Both the position numbers and the translations under genes were made by a program. DNA of 63,002 bases, filler included, from Circinaria calcarea (Eukaryota), in assembly GCA_051942165.1 (NCBI GenBank). It is 40 parts of 40 records of this genome, joined end to end, with 100 filler letters (N's around TTAATTAATTAA, not from the genome) between each part and the next. Parts side by side here need not be neighbours in the genome. Positions count along the whole stretch, not along the records: positions 1 to 1,492 come from JAVECS010004640.1; positions 1,593 to 3,084 come from JAVECS010004641.1; positions 3,185 to 4,676 come from JAVECS010004642.1; positions 4,777 to 6,268 come from JAVECS010004643.1; positions 6,369 to 7,859 come from JAVECS010004644.1; positions 7,960 to 9,450 come from JAVECS010004645.1; positions 9,551 to 11,041 come from JAVECS010004646.1; positions 11,142 to 12,631 come from JAVECS010004647.1; 32 more parts are not named here. One strand, given 5' to 3'. The stretch's first letter is position 1. Each line of letters starts with the position of its first letter. The notes below the pieces were generated by a model. That model searched no databases, was not told where the DNA came from, and saw only the letters and a list, made by a program, of their open reading frames with translations. Shown here piece by piece: positions 1 to 11,793 of the stretch.

Positions 1-838
1 TTCCACGATCGATGGAAGAACTACCCGTCCGGACGGTTACCAGCACACATCTCTGGCGGCGCCCTCCTCTCCCACACCGATTCCCCCCAAGCCCCTTGCA
101 AGTTGACACCATTTCTATCCCAAAATGACTGATTCACACCGCATCGATACCGCTCGGGCTATATATCTCACGACGTAAAACCCTCCTGACTTAACCCAGC
201 TCCAAACTCTCTCATGTAGGGCGAAGCGACCTGAATCTTTCCAGCCTCAGTATACTAGGCACACTGTCCTGAACATTCTACATTCTCTTCCCCCTCCTGC
301 CTGCCTGCCTACCCGCCTGCCCATACATGTCCAATACGCCCCGGCCCGCGCCTCTAATTTCCGTTTCCATTTTCACTTCCAGTGCAGCTCCGGTGCTGGC
401 TGCTAGGCGCTGTTTTACGGTAGCCTGTAGCCGAGAGCGATCGATGTAGCGCATGGATTAGTGAGATTTGTTAGAAACGAAAAGTAATGGTAGCTCTAAA
501 AAAAGGGGTGGGGGGGGTTTTCGGAAGCGAACTGCTGCCCCCGTAACGCGGGACCGAAATTCATGTGCTAGTAGATTTTGGAAAAGAAAGGGGGGAGGAG
601 GAGGGGGAAGAGGGATGTTAATGTGAAGGAAATACAAATACTCCGCTCTGCCTATTAGGCATAGGCAAAGACGCTGGCGTGGCGAGAATGCACTTCCAGG
701 TCCTGACTACAGAAGAATCAGAAGTGGTATATGGCATACCATAAACGGACTGCTACGGTGCAATGCGCATCATGAAGGTTTATGTAACAGCTGCATCCAA
801 TCCTATCGCTGTGCTGCTGAACCCGCTAGCTACTCCCA

Positions 839-862
839 TGTGTGTGTGTGTGTGTGTGTGTG
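839..862. repeat. (TG)n microsatellite
   Basis: About 12 perfect TG units seen directly. Confidence 0.95.
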
Positions 863-1492
863 TATATTCTCCGTATATGATCAAAAACCCCCCAAAGTCC
901 TCCCACCGCTTGCGCTACAACCATTCCGAAACCCCCATGCTTCTCCAACCTGGCTGCATCTGTCTCTGCTCTAGTAGCAGAAGCGAGAATGGGAGAGAGT
1001 GGTAACACACTTAGGACCATACAAGTATAAAACTAAAGCCAGGCGAGGCCCCTATGGCCAGGCCCATCAGCTGCTGACAAAAGCTCGTGCCGGATAAGCA
1101 GATAGCGATGGGCGGTGGAATTTGGGGCAACTGATGGGCGGTGTTCGGGGGGTTGAAGGAGTATAATTTAGCGGATCGATGATATCAAAAGTAGACAACG
1201 ACGAGAGCGAGAGGAAACGGGGGTAAAGACATGCCCAGGCGAGAACGTGACGTGATGTGACGCGCGCTACCTAAAGGGGACAGTAGTACTAGAGAAGTGC
1301 GAGAGGAACAGTAAGCTTGGGGAAGGATGATGGTAATTGTGGCGATTAGTTAATGTGGTTGAGAATAATTGAAAAATCCAAAAAAGGCATTGGTGTAGAA
1401 TGGAAGGCTGAGGTCGAATTGTTACGACCCAAGTAATAAGCAGTCCTTGTTCGTAAAGGTTATACCGGTTTCACCAAGGCCTGTGCATTTGA

Positions 1493-1592
1493 NNNNNNNN
1501 NNNNNNNNNNNNNNNNNNNNNNNNNNNNNNNNNNNNTTAATTAATTAANNNNNNNNNNNNNNNNNNNNNNNNNNNNNNNNNNNNNNNNNNNN
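1493..1592. other. Artificial contig spacer N44-TTAATTAATTAA-N44 (first of 39; they recur about every 1.57-1.59 kb, last at 61440-61539)
   Basis: Identical 100-bp linker each time. TTAATTAATTAA gives stops in all six frames. The intervening contigs decrease in length from 1492 to 1463 bp. Confidence 0.99.
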
Positions 1593-2507
1593 TCTCCCTC
1601 CAGACTCCCCTCCCCTCCACCGGATTTCCACTTCTATAATCATAACTTCCCCTACCTTCTACCTTTTACCCTTTACCTTTCACCTTTACCCCTAACCCCA
1701 GTAAAACTTAATCGATAACGGTGAAAAAAAATGAAAATGAAAAAAAGGAGTAGCCAGGTTTGCTATAGAAGCCTTCCCTTTCCCTTTGGGGGAAAAGGGA
1801 AGAGGAAATTCATTCTTAGGGGGAGGGGAGATTAAGAGAAAAAAGAAAAAAAGAGAAAAAGGGGCAGGGCAGGGGAAGGAGGAAAGGGAAAGGGAAAGGA
1901 AAAGGAAAATATGTAGCGGGAGAGAGGCAAGAGAAAAAGAAAGAAAGGCGTGGAAGTGTGAAAAGGATGGGGGGGGAGGGGTGTTGTGCATCTTTGTGCA
2001 TCTTTGATACTTTGTTATAGGCGGGACAGGGAAAGGAAAAAAAAGGGGAAAGATAGTTCAGGTCAGGTCGCGTCGGGTCGGTAGGTATATTCACAGGTTT
2101 GGTTGGTTTTGGTAGTAGCAAGGGCCGGGCGATAGGTGTAGCCTAGCTGGGGTGTATTTGGAGACTGACTGGCAAGTGTAAAAAGTAATCGATCGATTGA
2201 ACTGAACAGTTGCAGTGCAAGTGTAGCCTTATTATGAACTCGATGGAGCGACTGGCCGTTTCCGCTTCCTTTTCTTCCCTCCCTCCCCCTTTCTCCCGGG
2301 GGAGGTTTAAAACATCCCTACAAACCGAAGCTAGGCTATCGTACCTCATCTCTTATTTGGCGAGATGAGCTGCGCTTGTTCGGTGTACCTACACTGTCGA
2401 GGGTATCTACACTTGTCGAGAGACCACACTAGCCAAGACGGTACAGTTTACTGCTCCACGGCTGCATCGGCTGGCTGCACTGATTGGCGGGCCTGGGGTG
2501 GTAGACT

Positions 2508-2586
2508 AGATGGATGGATGGATGGATGGATGTGTGCGTGAGAGGGGAGGAGAGGAGAGGAGAGGGGAAGAGAGAGAAAAAGAGAG

Positions 2587-2618
<32 letters not shown>
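2508..2618. repeat. (GATG)n, (GAGAG)n and (GA)n simple repeats in a purine-rich non-coding contig
   Basis: Direct inspection. Confidence 0.9.
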
Positions 2619-3330
2619 TAAGAGTAATGGAAGTAAGAAAGGGTGAGTAATAAAGGTAAATAAGGGGCTGAGTGTAGAAAAGGAGGATAGATAAAGGGGA
2701 GATTGCAAAAAGGAGATGAAGGAAAGGAGAAGGAGATGAGGTAGATGAGGGAGGAAGATTCCGGATAGAAGCCAGTCACAGAGCAATTCTGAGCATTTCA
2801 AGGGTTAAGAAAAGTCACGTGGAGCAAAAAACATAAAAGAAAAAGGAGCACCGTCAAGTTTTAACCAGAAGAAACTTTTTATCTTTTTTGGAGATGGTCT
2901 TGCGAACCAACGGGCCACGACCGGCGCGCATTAAAGTGCCATCATCTACTAGAATAAGGCGAAAGATCCTTAAATTAAAAACCCCGGGCACAGAAGAAAG
3001 GAAAAAGCTCTCGGCGGAATCGGTCATACTCCACCACAAGCTTCCCCCACCCCCACCCCCAGCTGTAACGCTAAGCATCTCAACNNNNNNNNNNNNNNNN
3101 NNNNNNNNNNNNNNNNNNNNNNNNNNNNTTAATTAATTAANNNNNNNNNNNNNNNNNNNNNNNNNNNNNNNNNNNNNNNNNNNNGCGAAAAGGGCAGGAG
3201 GGAGGAGCACCGGTTTCAGATCACGCCGAGGGGCAAGGCCAAGGTGAATGGCAGGCAGGTCAGTCTGGAGCAGAGGGTCGAGTGTGGGCGGTATGTGAGT
3301 GCGGTCTATTCGGGTGTCTGAGTGCTAAGG

Positions 3331-4660
3331 GTATATACGATTTGGAGTCTCCCGACTACAATGGTGTATCTTCACTCGTTGGGGGAGGGGTTGTTAACGG
3401 GGTTGACACGAGCAAGATTGGGCAGAGAAATCTATTATATATCATATCTTCACTTAGCCAACCTTAGCGAATAATATATAAATATAAACTTATTTTCCCC
3501 CCTAAATTAATTATTTTTATATATTTATAATTTATCACGAAAAGGGAGCTTATTCTAATAAAATAAAAAAATCTACGTGAGCAATATTATTGCAAGCTAT
3601 TAAATTATTTTAAATTATATATAATCGTGAGGCCCGCCTCCTATATGTAAGGGCGCTGCAATCCTTGGGGCCTATTGAGGAATATAATAAGTCCCGATTA
3701 GTAATAGCACAGTTGCATAGGGTGTAGTTGAACTATTACCCTAGGCTTAATATAAAAGGAGTATATTGAACTCATTATGGTTCTATAAGCATACTATTCT
3801 AAAGAGCGGGAATAATCTATTATATATAATGCCTTACTCATCCGTGCTCATCTCATGAGCATGCTGAGCAACCTTCCGTGCTCACCCTGCTCATACTCAT
3901 GAACACACTGAGCAAGCGGTTCTCTCGTTCATCCGTTCCGGGGTTAGCCCTTTCCTGGCCTAGTACATGTCATGGTGCTGGCGTCATAACACTATAACCA
4001 CGATTAAAAAAAGTAAAGTATAATCGGTATATTTATTTCTACGTGAAATTTATATTAGAGTTCCTCGCGCTGTCCAAATTACCTCTGATTAAATTAATAC
4101 TATTACTACGACGCCGGTGACGGCGGGTCTCGTTCAGATTATCCGGATAAAGGCCGCTAACACGTGCGAAAGATATATATGATTTAGAATCTCCCAACTA
4201 CATAATATATCTTCACTCGTTGGGAGGGGGGGTTGGTTAAAAGGTTGACACGGGCAAGATTGGGCAGAGAAGTCTGTTACATGTCATATCTTCACTTGGT
4301 CAACCTTGGCGAATAACGTATAGACATGGTCTTGCTTTCCCCCCCAAATTGATCATTTTCAAATACCTGTGATATGTCACGACAAGGAGGCTTGCCTTGG
4401 TGAAATGAAAAGACGTGCATGAGCAACATTGTTGCAAGCCATTGAGCCATTTTAAATCATGCATAGTCGTGAGGCCCGCCTCCTATAGCCACGATTGGAA
4501 AAAGCAAAGTACAGCCGGTACATCTACCTCTGCGTGAGATCCATATTGGAGCTCCTCGCGCTGTCCAAACTGCCCCTGACCAAACTGATACTGCTGCTGC
4601 GACGCCGGTGACGGCGAGTCTCGTTCGGATCATCCGGATGGAGGCCGCTGACACGTGCGA
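3331..4660. repeat. Tandem duplication of a ~490-bp unit (copy A ~3331-4170 including an LTR insertion; copy B ~4173-4660), RIP-mutated
   Basis: The copies align end to end (e.g. cttcactcgttggg, gcaagattgggcagagaa, tcgtgaggcccgcctcctata, acacgtgcgaa). Differences are mostly C>T/G>A. Confidence 0.95.
3646..3991 (-). mobile_element. Solo LTR, family A (346 bp), 5-bp TSD CTATA
   Basis: TGTAAGGGCGC...GCGTCATAACA termini. CTATA at 3641-3645 and 3992-3996. The empty site is present in duplicate copy B. Confidence 0.92.
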
Positions 4661-4676
4661 AGAGATTGAGAATGTC
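4524..4676 (-). CDS. 3' end of an unknown protein gene ([50 protein letters not shown]), truncated by contig end
   Basis: Open 51-codon frame to TAG with a plausible Ser/Arg-rich tail. It lies in the part of the duplication that escaped RIP. Confidence 0.5.
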   Translation of the reverse strand, partial: DILNLFARVSGLHPDDPNETRRHRRRSSSISLVRGSLDSARSSNMDLTQR

Positions 4677-5391
4677 NNNNNNNNNNNNNNNNNNNNNNNN
4701 NNNNNNNNNNNNNNNNNNNNTTAATTAATTAANNNNNNNNNNNNNNNNNNNNNNNNNNNNNNNNNNNNNNNNNNNNCCGGTGGGCTGCGCGGAGGGCCTG
4801 GGTTGCGTTCATGGCTGGTAGATGGGTCGGACAGGGATTTGGAGGGGGGGGGGCTAATATAACGGGAGGAATAGATGGGGAATACGATTCTGTAAAGAGT
4901 GTGGGGTCCTGCTTAAGTAAAAGGAATTAATGAATGAGAAGCCGGGGATGTTCCAGAGCCTTGGCACGCGATCTTCGGTCTTCGAATGCGACGTGGTCCA
5001 AGCTTCTGGGAATCCTCCGAACCTTAAGCTTACCATAGTAGGGCTACATCGTTTTCTTAACGTCACCTTATCAAACCAAAGACTGGGCTTACTGTTGTCT
5101 TAGTCCGGAGGGCCCCGTTAAAGCACAAACTTAGTGGATTAATCGGTCAAAGAAATGCGGTGGAATGACTAAGCATAGTCCCTATATATTCTTAATTTCA
5201 ATGTACCACGGTGACAGCGAGATATTTGCTGATTCTATCATGTCAATGGATCAATGACAAATTTTGCTTGGCCTTGAGAGAGAGAGTCAGCATTTGCATT
5301 CATGGGTCACGTACTCCCCCGTGTTATGCATTGTTGCTGATTGTCTTGGGACAATTTGTTACAAATCTACATTTGCTGAAATTCCATCACA

Positions 5392-6268
5392 ATGCACGAG
5401 CTTCTCCTCTTCGGCCAGGTCCTTGCCACCCAGCATGATCTAGTCCTCAAGATACTTGCGGGTATCGCGGCCATGCAACCTCAGCCTTTGGCGGAACGGC
5501 ACCTGATATTCATGCCTACAAAATCGCCCACCGCCAACACCCAAGTAGGCGCTAAGCAAGGTGTCCAGGGGTCTCAAGCCCAAGCATTGAAATCCCAAAT
5601 GCATGGTGATGTCTTTTACCTGCAGCTCGTGGGAACACTGGACAACGGCCAGGACGGAGGTAATCAGGAACCGAAGGCGGTGAACGAGGATACGTTGATG
5701 AGCCAAGACTTTATCGAGGCGCCAAATGATACGAAAGGCGCCTCATTTGAAAACGAGGCCAAATCCAGGCAACGGGACCAGGCTGTCACGAGACAAGAAT
5801 GGTCACTTGAGTTCCGAGACCTTCCTGAAGTGCCCGGCCGACGGCCTGTAACCTCACGCCTGATGGCGAGTGTACCTATCACAGACGGCGACGCAATACG
5901 ATTCGTCGAGGAGCTAGGCTACATGTAGGTACCCACCCTCTTTGCTATCCTCTCTCCCCTCTGGATCTTCGCTCCAACCAACACGCTAAAAACACGATAA
6001 GATTCGTATGCGAGTACGTCCTCCAGGGTCATCGGTTTATACATAATAACATCATTTTATTCCTTCACCACCCTCTCCTTGTATCATCGTCGTCGGGTCC
6101 GAATTCCTCGAACCGAAAGCCCATCGCACCGGCTCAGTTCCCTCATCTGTCCTCCCTTCGGCCCGTTGATCCCAGCGATACTTATATTCTGCAAGCATCG
6201 ATTCGCGTGCAGGACGGCACCAAACCAGAGACCATGACTATTGGAATGAATGAGTTGAAGACGTTCAA
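5392..6268 (+). CDS. MED18: Mediator subunit 18 (Srb5), 3'-partial; intron 5925-6001
   Basis: MHELLLFGQV..LKILAGIAAMQP, WSLEFRDLPE..RRPVTSR and, after splicing, GYIFVCEYVLQGHRFIHNNIILFLH match the pattern of fungal Med18. Confidence 0.85.
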
Positions 6269-7365
6269 NNNNNNNNNNNNNNNNNNNNNNNNNNNNNNNN
6301 NNNNNNNNNNNNTTAATTAATTAANNNNNNNNNNNNNNNNNNNNNNNNNNNNNNNNNNNNNNNNNNNNCTACAGAGTAATCAACTAAACTCTTATTTATA
6401 TACGGAGTACTGTATTTGAGGATTTGAGCCGACCTGACCCGACCCGATTCAAACGCAGCACAGCACGACACAATATAATACAAACGAATCCCAAACGTAT
6501 TTATACGAAGTACATGGTGTATATGGAGTACATGGTGTACCACGGAGCCCCAAGTTCCCCCCCCCATTATTTACCTGCTGGTTGTTGTTTGTTATTTATT
6601 ATTCGTTATTTGTCGTTCGTCGATTAACTTTGTTACTATAACATGGAAGTCGGCAGGAAATTTCCCATTTCCCAATTCCCTGGAACCCGGAACCCGGAAC
6701 CCGGATCGGAATGGGACTTTTTTTTTTTTTTTTTTTCCAGAGAGGAAGGAAGAAAACACGAATAGTCCCATCCTTTGCCCCCAAAAGGGGAGGGGAGTTT
6801 TCAGGGAGTGAGAGAGAGAGTGAGAATCACACCGCAACCGGACCGAATCGGAACCGCAACCGGGATTGGATTAAGATTGGGTGGAAAGTTCTATGGGGTA
6901 AGCATAACCGTAATCTCTCATTATCTCTCATTATCTACCTACGCAGTACATGATCGACAACGAAAATTTCGCGCCGGGGGGAGGAGAAAAGGTCCAGGAG
7001 AGGCAGGTCGGTTCGGCTCTGCTTAGCCTTTTGCTTGCAAGCGGGGGTGATGTCTAATGGATAGATAAGGAGCTACGGCTACGGGAGTGGGAGTGGGAGC
7101 TACCCCCCTCCTCGACTCAGATACAGCTACACTTACACTAGATATTCCCTTGGATATGTAGGATTGCGAAAAGAGGACGGGGACCCGGGGGACGCTCCCT
7201 CAATGGATGGTGGGGGGCAGACAATCACTTTATATATCTTTCCGAAATGCCTCCTCGTGGATTTTGTTTCTTCTTGTCCGTCTTCCTAGTTAGTCCCTCG
7301 AGTGAACCTTCTGTCTGAAACTTCGCAACCGGATGCCCATACCCGTGACACGGGCAATTTGAAGA

Positions 7366-7859
7366 ATGGCTGGCGGAGCGGTTGGAACCCTTGCGCTCGA
7401 TGGCGGAGACCCTCGAGGAGACTCGCCGGCTGGCCTGAGCCCTAGGGCGGGCCACGACGTCGACTTGGCCCCGGCACATTCCTCCATCCAGAGGGGGTTG
7501 CACGATCCCAATGTCACCTTTGAAGAGTACGTGCATTTTGCCAAGATTTCCCGCGCCGACACTCGATATGAAGACCGAGAGCGGTCGTACAATTTGTTCA
7601 AGCGCAAAACCGTTATCGACTACCCTGCAGTGACGAACGAGAGGCATGGTCAAGGAATAGCCAGCGATGAGAAAAGAGCAGAGGGTCCAGTCAAGGACGA
7701 GAAGGCATTCGGAGGGGATACACCACCTCAGGGAGGAGCACCGGCATACAGCGCTGTATCAGACGATGAATATATAACCGCTTCACGCGCGGCTCGCAAT
7801 GCTACCTGGGGCGCTATCTTCTATCTCATCACTACCGACATTCTCGGACCCTTCTCTAC
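7366..7859 (+). CDS. Neutral amino acid permease (Mtr/AAAP, Aa_trans family), 5' part
   Basis: HDPNVTFEEYVHFAKISRA and ASRAARNATWGAIFYLITTDILGPFS motifs. Confidence 0.85.
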
Positions 7860-7959
7860 NNNNNNNNNNNNNNNNNNNNNNNNNNNNNNNNNNNNNNNNN
7901 NNNTTAATTAATTAANNNNNNNNNNNNNNNNNNNNNNNNNNNNNNNNNNNNNNNNNNNN

Positions 7960-8497
7960 AGGAGCTTATTTCTATAGTATTAATAAATCTTTTTATAATA
8001 AAATATATATTATTAAATATATATATAAAAAAAGAGCCGGTAATTTATATATAAAATATTTTCAGATATATTATATCTATTAATATCGAGAACGTGGAGA
8101 ATTAATTAATATTTATTAATTAAAATATAATTAAATATTATTTATTAGTAGTTATAGCTATAGTTGATTCGTTTATATTTATAATAAAAATCGATATATG
8201 CTGTAAAATAGAAAAAGGTTATTTATTAATTACGGTCACTATATAGGGTTTTATAATTTATTATAAATCTACGAATAAATAACTACAGCGCAAGTGGTAG
8301 AGATTTATTTTTATAATAATATTATTTTAAATTATTTATTTAATTATATGCGCTGTCGCTGCTGCTATAATAATTATTATGGTAAAAATAACAGAAACTG
8401 GCGTGCGCGAAGTCGAAAAGCGATTTTCCGAAAATAAAAGTTCCAAAAAAAATTTCAAAAATTTATTGTTGCCGTAAGGTCCATTCATGCCACCGTA
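7960..8497 (-). mobile_element. RIP-eroded DNA transposon end (family C; terminus TA-CGGTGGCATGAATGG)
   Basis: Reverse complement of 15359-15620. Near-intact at the terminus and increasingly AT-rich inward. Ends at a TA (8496-8497), as Tc1/mariner-type elements do. Confidence 0.8.
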
Positions 8498-8615
8498 CGC
8501 ATGTCGTCAACCATACCCCACATTAGCTTTCAGTCTCGTCGCATGTAAACGTATCATGTCCACTTTCGATCTACTGACTGTGTGAGTTAATTTAAACTCG
8601 CCGCTCCGGCTTACA

Positions 8616-9450
8616 ATGTCTTTCCAATCCATACCTGTCCTGGACCTTTCCCATGCGCATGTCGGAGAAACCAAGTCCGCCTTTCTTGGGGACCTTCGTT
8701 ATGCACTCATGGAAGTCGGCTTCTTTTACATCAGCAACACAGGTATAGAGAATGCACTCACCCAGGACGTTATCACACAAGGAAAGCTGTTCTTCGATCT
8801 ACCTGAGGAGAAGAAGCTAGAAGTACAGATGAAGAATGCGGCAAGCTTTCTAGGTACAACTGCGCGCATCAAGCTCATCCCACGGGACGGCGCTGACCTT
8901 CAGGCTACAACAAACTCGGCAATGAAATCACGCGGCATAAGGTTGATTGGCGTGAACAAGTCGACCTTTCAACTCCGCATCCGCTTCCATTGCCCAGCGC
9001 CCCCCTCTACCACAACCTCCTCGCCCCCAACCAATGGCCAGATCCAGCTTTCCTTCCCTCATTCCGGCCGGTGTATGAAACATACATTCGCCAGATGTCT
9101 GCCCTCTCCACATCATTCACCAGCCTCATTGCCGAAGCACTCGATCTACCAGCAACCGCCTTTGATAGATTCTTCGACGCTGACCAGCAGCACAAGCTCA
9201 AGGTTGTCAAATACCCCGATCTAGCAGAGCTGGGGGTGGCGGAGGGCGTAGAATCGCAAGGAGTCGGACCGCACAAGGACAGCATGCTCACGTCCTATCT
9301 TTTGCAAGCATCGCACCATCACGGTCTTCAGGCACAGAATATGGCAGGCGAGTGGATCGACTGCCCTCCCATTGCGGGAACGCTTGTGGTCGCGATAGGT
9401 CAGGGACTCGAAGCAATCACGCATGGTGTTTGTGCTAGCACCACGCACCG
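8616..9450 (+). CDS. 2-oxoglutarate/Fe(II)-dependent dioxygenase (IPNS/DIOX_N-like), 3'-partial; intron 8854-8903
   Basis: SIPVLDLS, VGFFYISNTGI, FLGYNKLGNEIT after splicing, GVGPHKD (HxD), GLQAQN..GEWIDCPP, STTH. Confidence 0.92.
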
Positions 9451-9550
9451 NNNNNNNNNNNNNNNNNNNNNNNNNNNNNNNNNNNNNNNNNNNNTTAATT
9501 AATTAANNNNNNNNNNNNNNNNNNNNNNNNNNNNNNNNNNNNNNNNNNNN

Positions 9551-10341
9551 AACTACGAGTAGACGTGTTGCGACAGACTCTCGCTCAGACTTCAATGGAA
9601 CCGCTCAATCCCGAGAACGATCGGGAGGATAAATCGGTGCCAGGCTCACCAGCTCTAGCATCCGAACCGCCACGTGAGGATGTCCAAATGCAGGACTGTC
9701 AAGTAGTTGCTCCTACACCACTAGCCTTGCCTTCAAACCCACCGATCCAGAAGCCTCGGCCACCAGATGAGATTGCTCCCACTGGAGATGACCCCATGGA
9801 TAGCCCCGATTCGCCCTTCAAATTTCCGCCTTCCCCATGGCCTTCTAATCACGCGCAATCATATGATCGAAGGCAACATACAAACGGTTATCGATCAGCA
9901 GATCTTCGAGTCCAGCTTCCACCCAAACAACCATTTTCTAATGTTTCTGCATCTACCCCTACGCTTGTTAGTACACCAACTACTATTTCAGGTTCTTTAG
10001 CCCAGTCGCCTCTGAGCCATACCCTGAGCACCTGCCCTCCACTTTCAACCCCTACTGCCAGTATGGTACAGCCTAGTCCGGCCAAAAAAAAGATTAGTGT
10101 CGGGGAATATATGCGGCGTGGCAGCCAGAAGCATGATGTGCCTGCTCCAGTATCAGCCGAAAAGCAATACCGAGGGAGTAGTCCGACTATGACGCCTGAC
10201 TTGACGAAAACACTAGATATCTTAGCCGAGGAGACAAAGGATCTCTTAAGTGGAGAAAAGGCAGCTGTCGAGATATCTAGGCTCGAAGCTGGAGTTTCAT
10301 TAGAAAGAAATCCAGGTTCGCCGGCAGAACATACTTTCTGA
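9551..10341 (+). CDS. C-terminal Ser/Pro-rich part of a large nuclear protein, possibly Set3/Set4-like PHD-SET
   Basis: Open frame from the contig start to TGA. PSPAKKKISVGEY resembles the KKKLSLxDY motif of fungal Set3-like C-termini (identity inferred). Confidence 0.6.
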
Positions 10342-10731
10342 TCCCATTTTCCGATGGCAGGCGCGGTACGATGTGTCCCTTAGACTTGCTGCGAGCTAGC
10401 GACGGCGTTTTTGGAGGACAGATGGGATTGACAATGGGCGTGCTTGATTACTTCAGGTCTCCCTTGCATCAAGCCAATGGGAATGAACCTGTTTTCTCTC
10501 ATGTGATACGATATCAGGGCTAGCTTTTTACGCCCCTTTCTTCTCGAACTGTTGTTTGTAGATAGGATGAAACGAAACGAAGCGAAGCATTCGATTCTGA
10601 CTTACCAAACCTATGTTTTATCTGGTTCATGACTGTGAGTCGGGGAGCGAGAAGTTGGCTCACCGTTATATAAAATACCGTACAATAATCGTCAGCGCAA
10701 CAACCAAACCTTCCCCGGAACCGTATTCCCT

Positions 10732-10736
<5 letters not shown>

Positions 10737-10793
<57 letters not shown>
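10737..10793. repeat. (CT)n microsatellite
   Basis: Long perfect CT run. Confidence 0.95.
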
Positions 10794-10796
<3 letters not shown>

Positions 10797-11189
10797 AAAA
10801 CAAAATTAGTATAACATAGCATAACACAGGGGACTAACCAAACCCTCCATTAATTGTCATGATGGATTAGTTTGGAAAAAGACTCAATCGATCTATCTAT
10901 CTATCTATGGAGACGAAACCTTTTTCTTTTTCTTACTATAATACATGTAAGAAAATAAAATTTAAAATAGAAATAAAAATCCGGGCCCGTGGGCCGTGAC
11001 TGAATCATTATTTTATCATTATCAAGAGAAGAGAAGAGAAGNNNNNNNNNNNNNNNNNNNNNNNNNNNNNNNNNNNNNNNNNNNNTTAATTAATTAANNN
11101 NNNNNNNNNNNNNNNNNNNNNNNNNNNNNNNNNNNNNNNNNCTTCCTCTCCTTGTCACCTCCCCATCTCACCTCTCCACTGGTTAGCCA

Positions 11190-11580
11190 GTGGAGAGGTG
11201 AGATGGGGAGGTGACAAGGAGAGGAAGAGAGACGAGGTGAGGAAATGGAGGGAAGAGGTGGGGAGCAGGAGAGGAGGGGAGCTGGAGGGGAGCTGGAGAG
11301 GAAAGGTGGGAAGGAAAGGAGGCTGGAGAGGTGAGGCGAGGAGGAAAGGAAGGGGTGTGGGAGCTGGAGACGTGAAGTGGGAAGGAAGGGAGGAGAGGAA
11401 GGGAGCTGGAGCTGGAAAGGAGGGGACCTGGAGAGATGAGGAGACCTGGAGCTGGAGGGAAGTGGAAGGGAGCTGGAGAGGTGAAGAGAGGTGAGGAGAG
11501 GTGAGGTGAGGAGAGGTGAGGAGAGGAGAGGTGAGGTGAGGAGAGGTGAGGTGAGGTGAGGTGAGGTGAGGTGGAAAGGA
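11190..11580. repeat. Polypurine low-complexity tract with GGAGCTGGA units and a (GAGGT)n/(GAGGA)n array
   Basis: Direct inspection. Confidence 0.9.
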
Positions 11581-11793
11581 AAGATACATACATCTGAAGA
11601 GTTTGGTTTAGTCTTACAAAGAGGTTTGCTTAGAGAAGAAAAGAGAACATTTAGGGAGGGGGAGGGAGCCAGCCATATATAGTCTACGAGGGCTTACTAC
11701 GCTACAGCTAATCCGTTTACCATCACGAGTGACCAGACCATACGAATTTTGATACGGGGGTGTTCTTCGATACACGTTGCCATCTTTGGCAGT

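Noticed and set aside
1420..1492. TGTTACGACCC as another LTR start
   Set aside because: Only a short resemblance to the family B terminus, truncated by the contig end, with no further homology.
1685..1700. CCCTAACCC as telomere or telomerase RNA template
   Set aside because: A single unit within a CTTTAC simple repeat, with no array or pseudoknot context.
1692..2801. Low-complexity ORFs (also 10520-11593, 25341-25612, 30446-32379, 55568-56484)
   Set aside because: They are translations of simple repeats or intergenic DNA with no family motifs.
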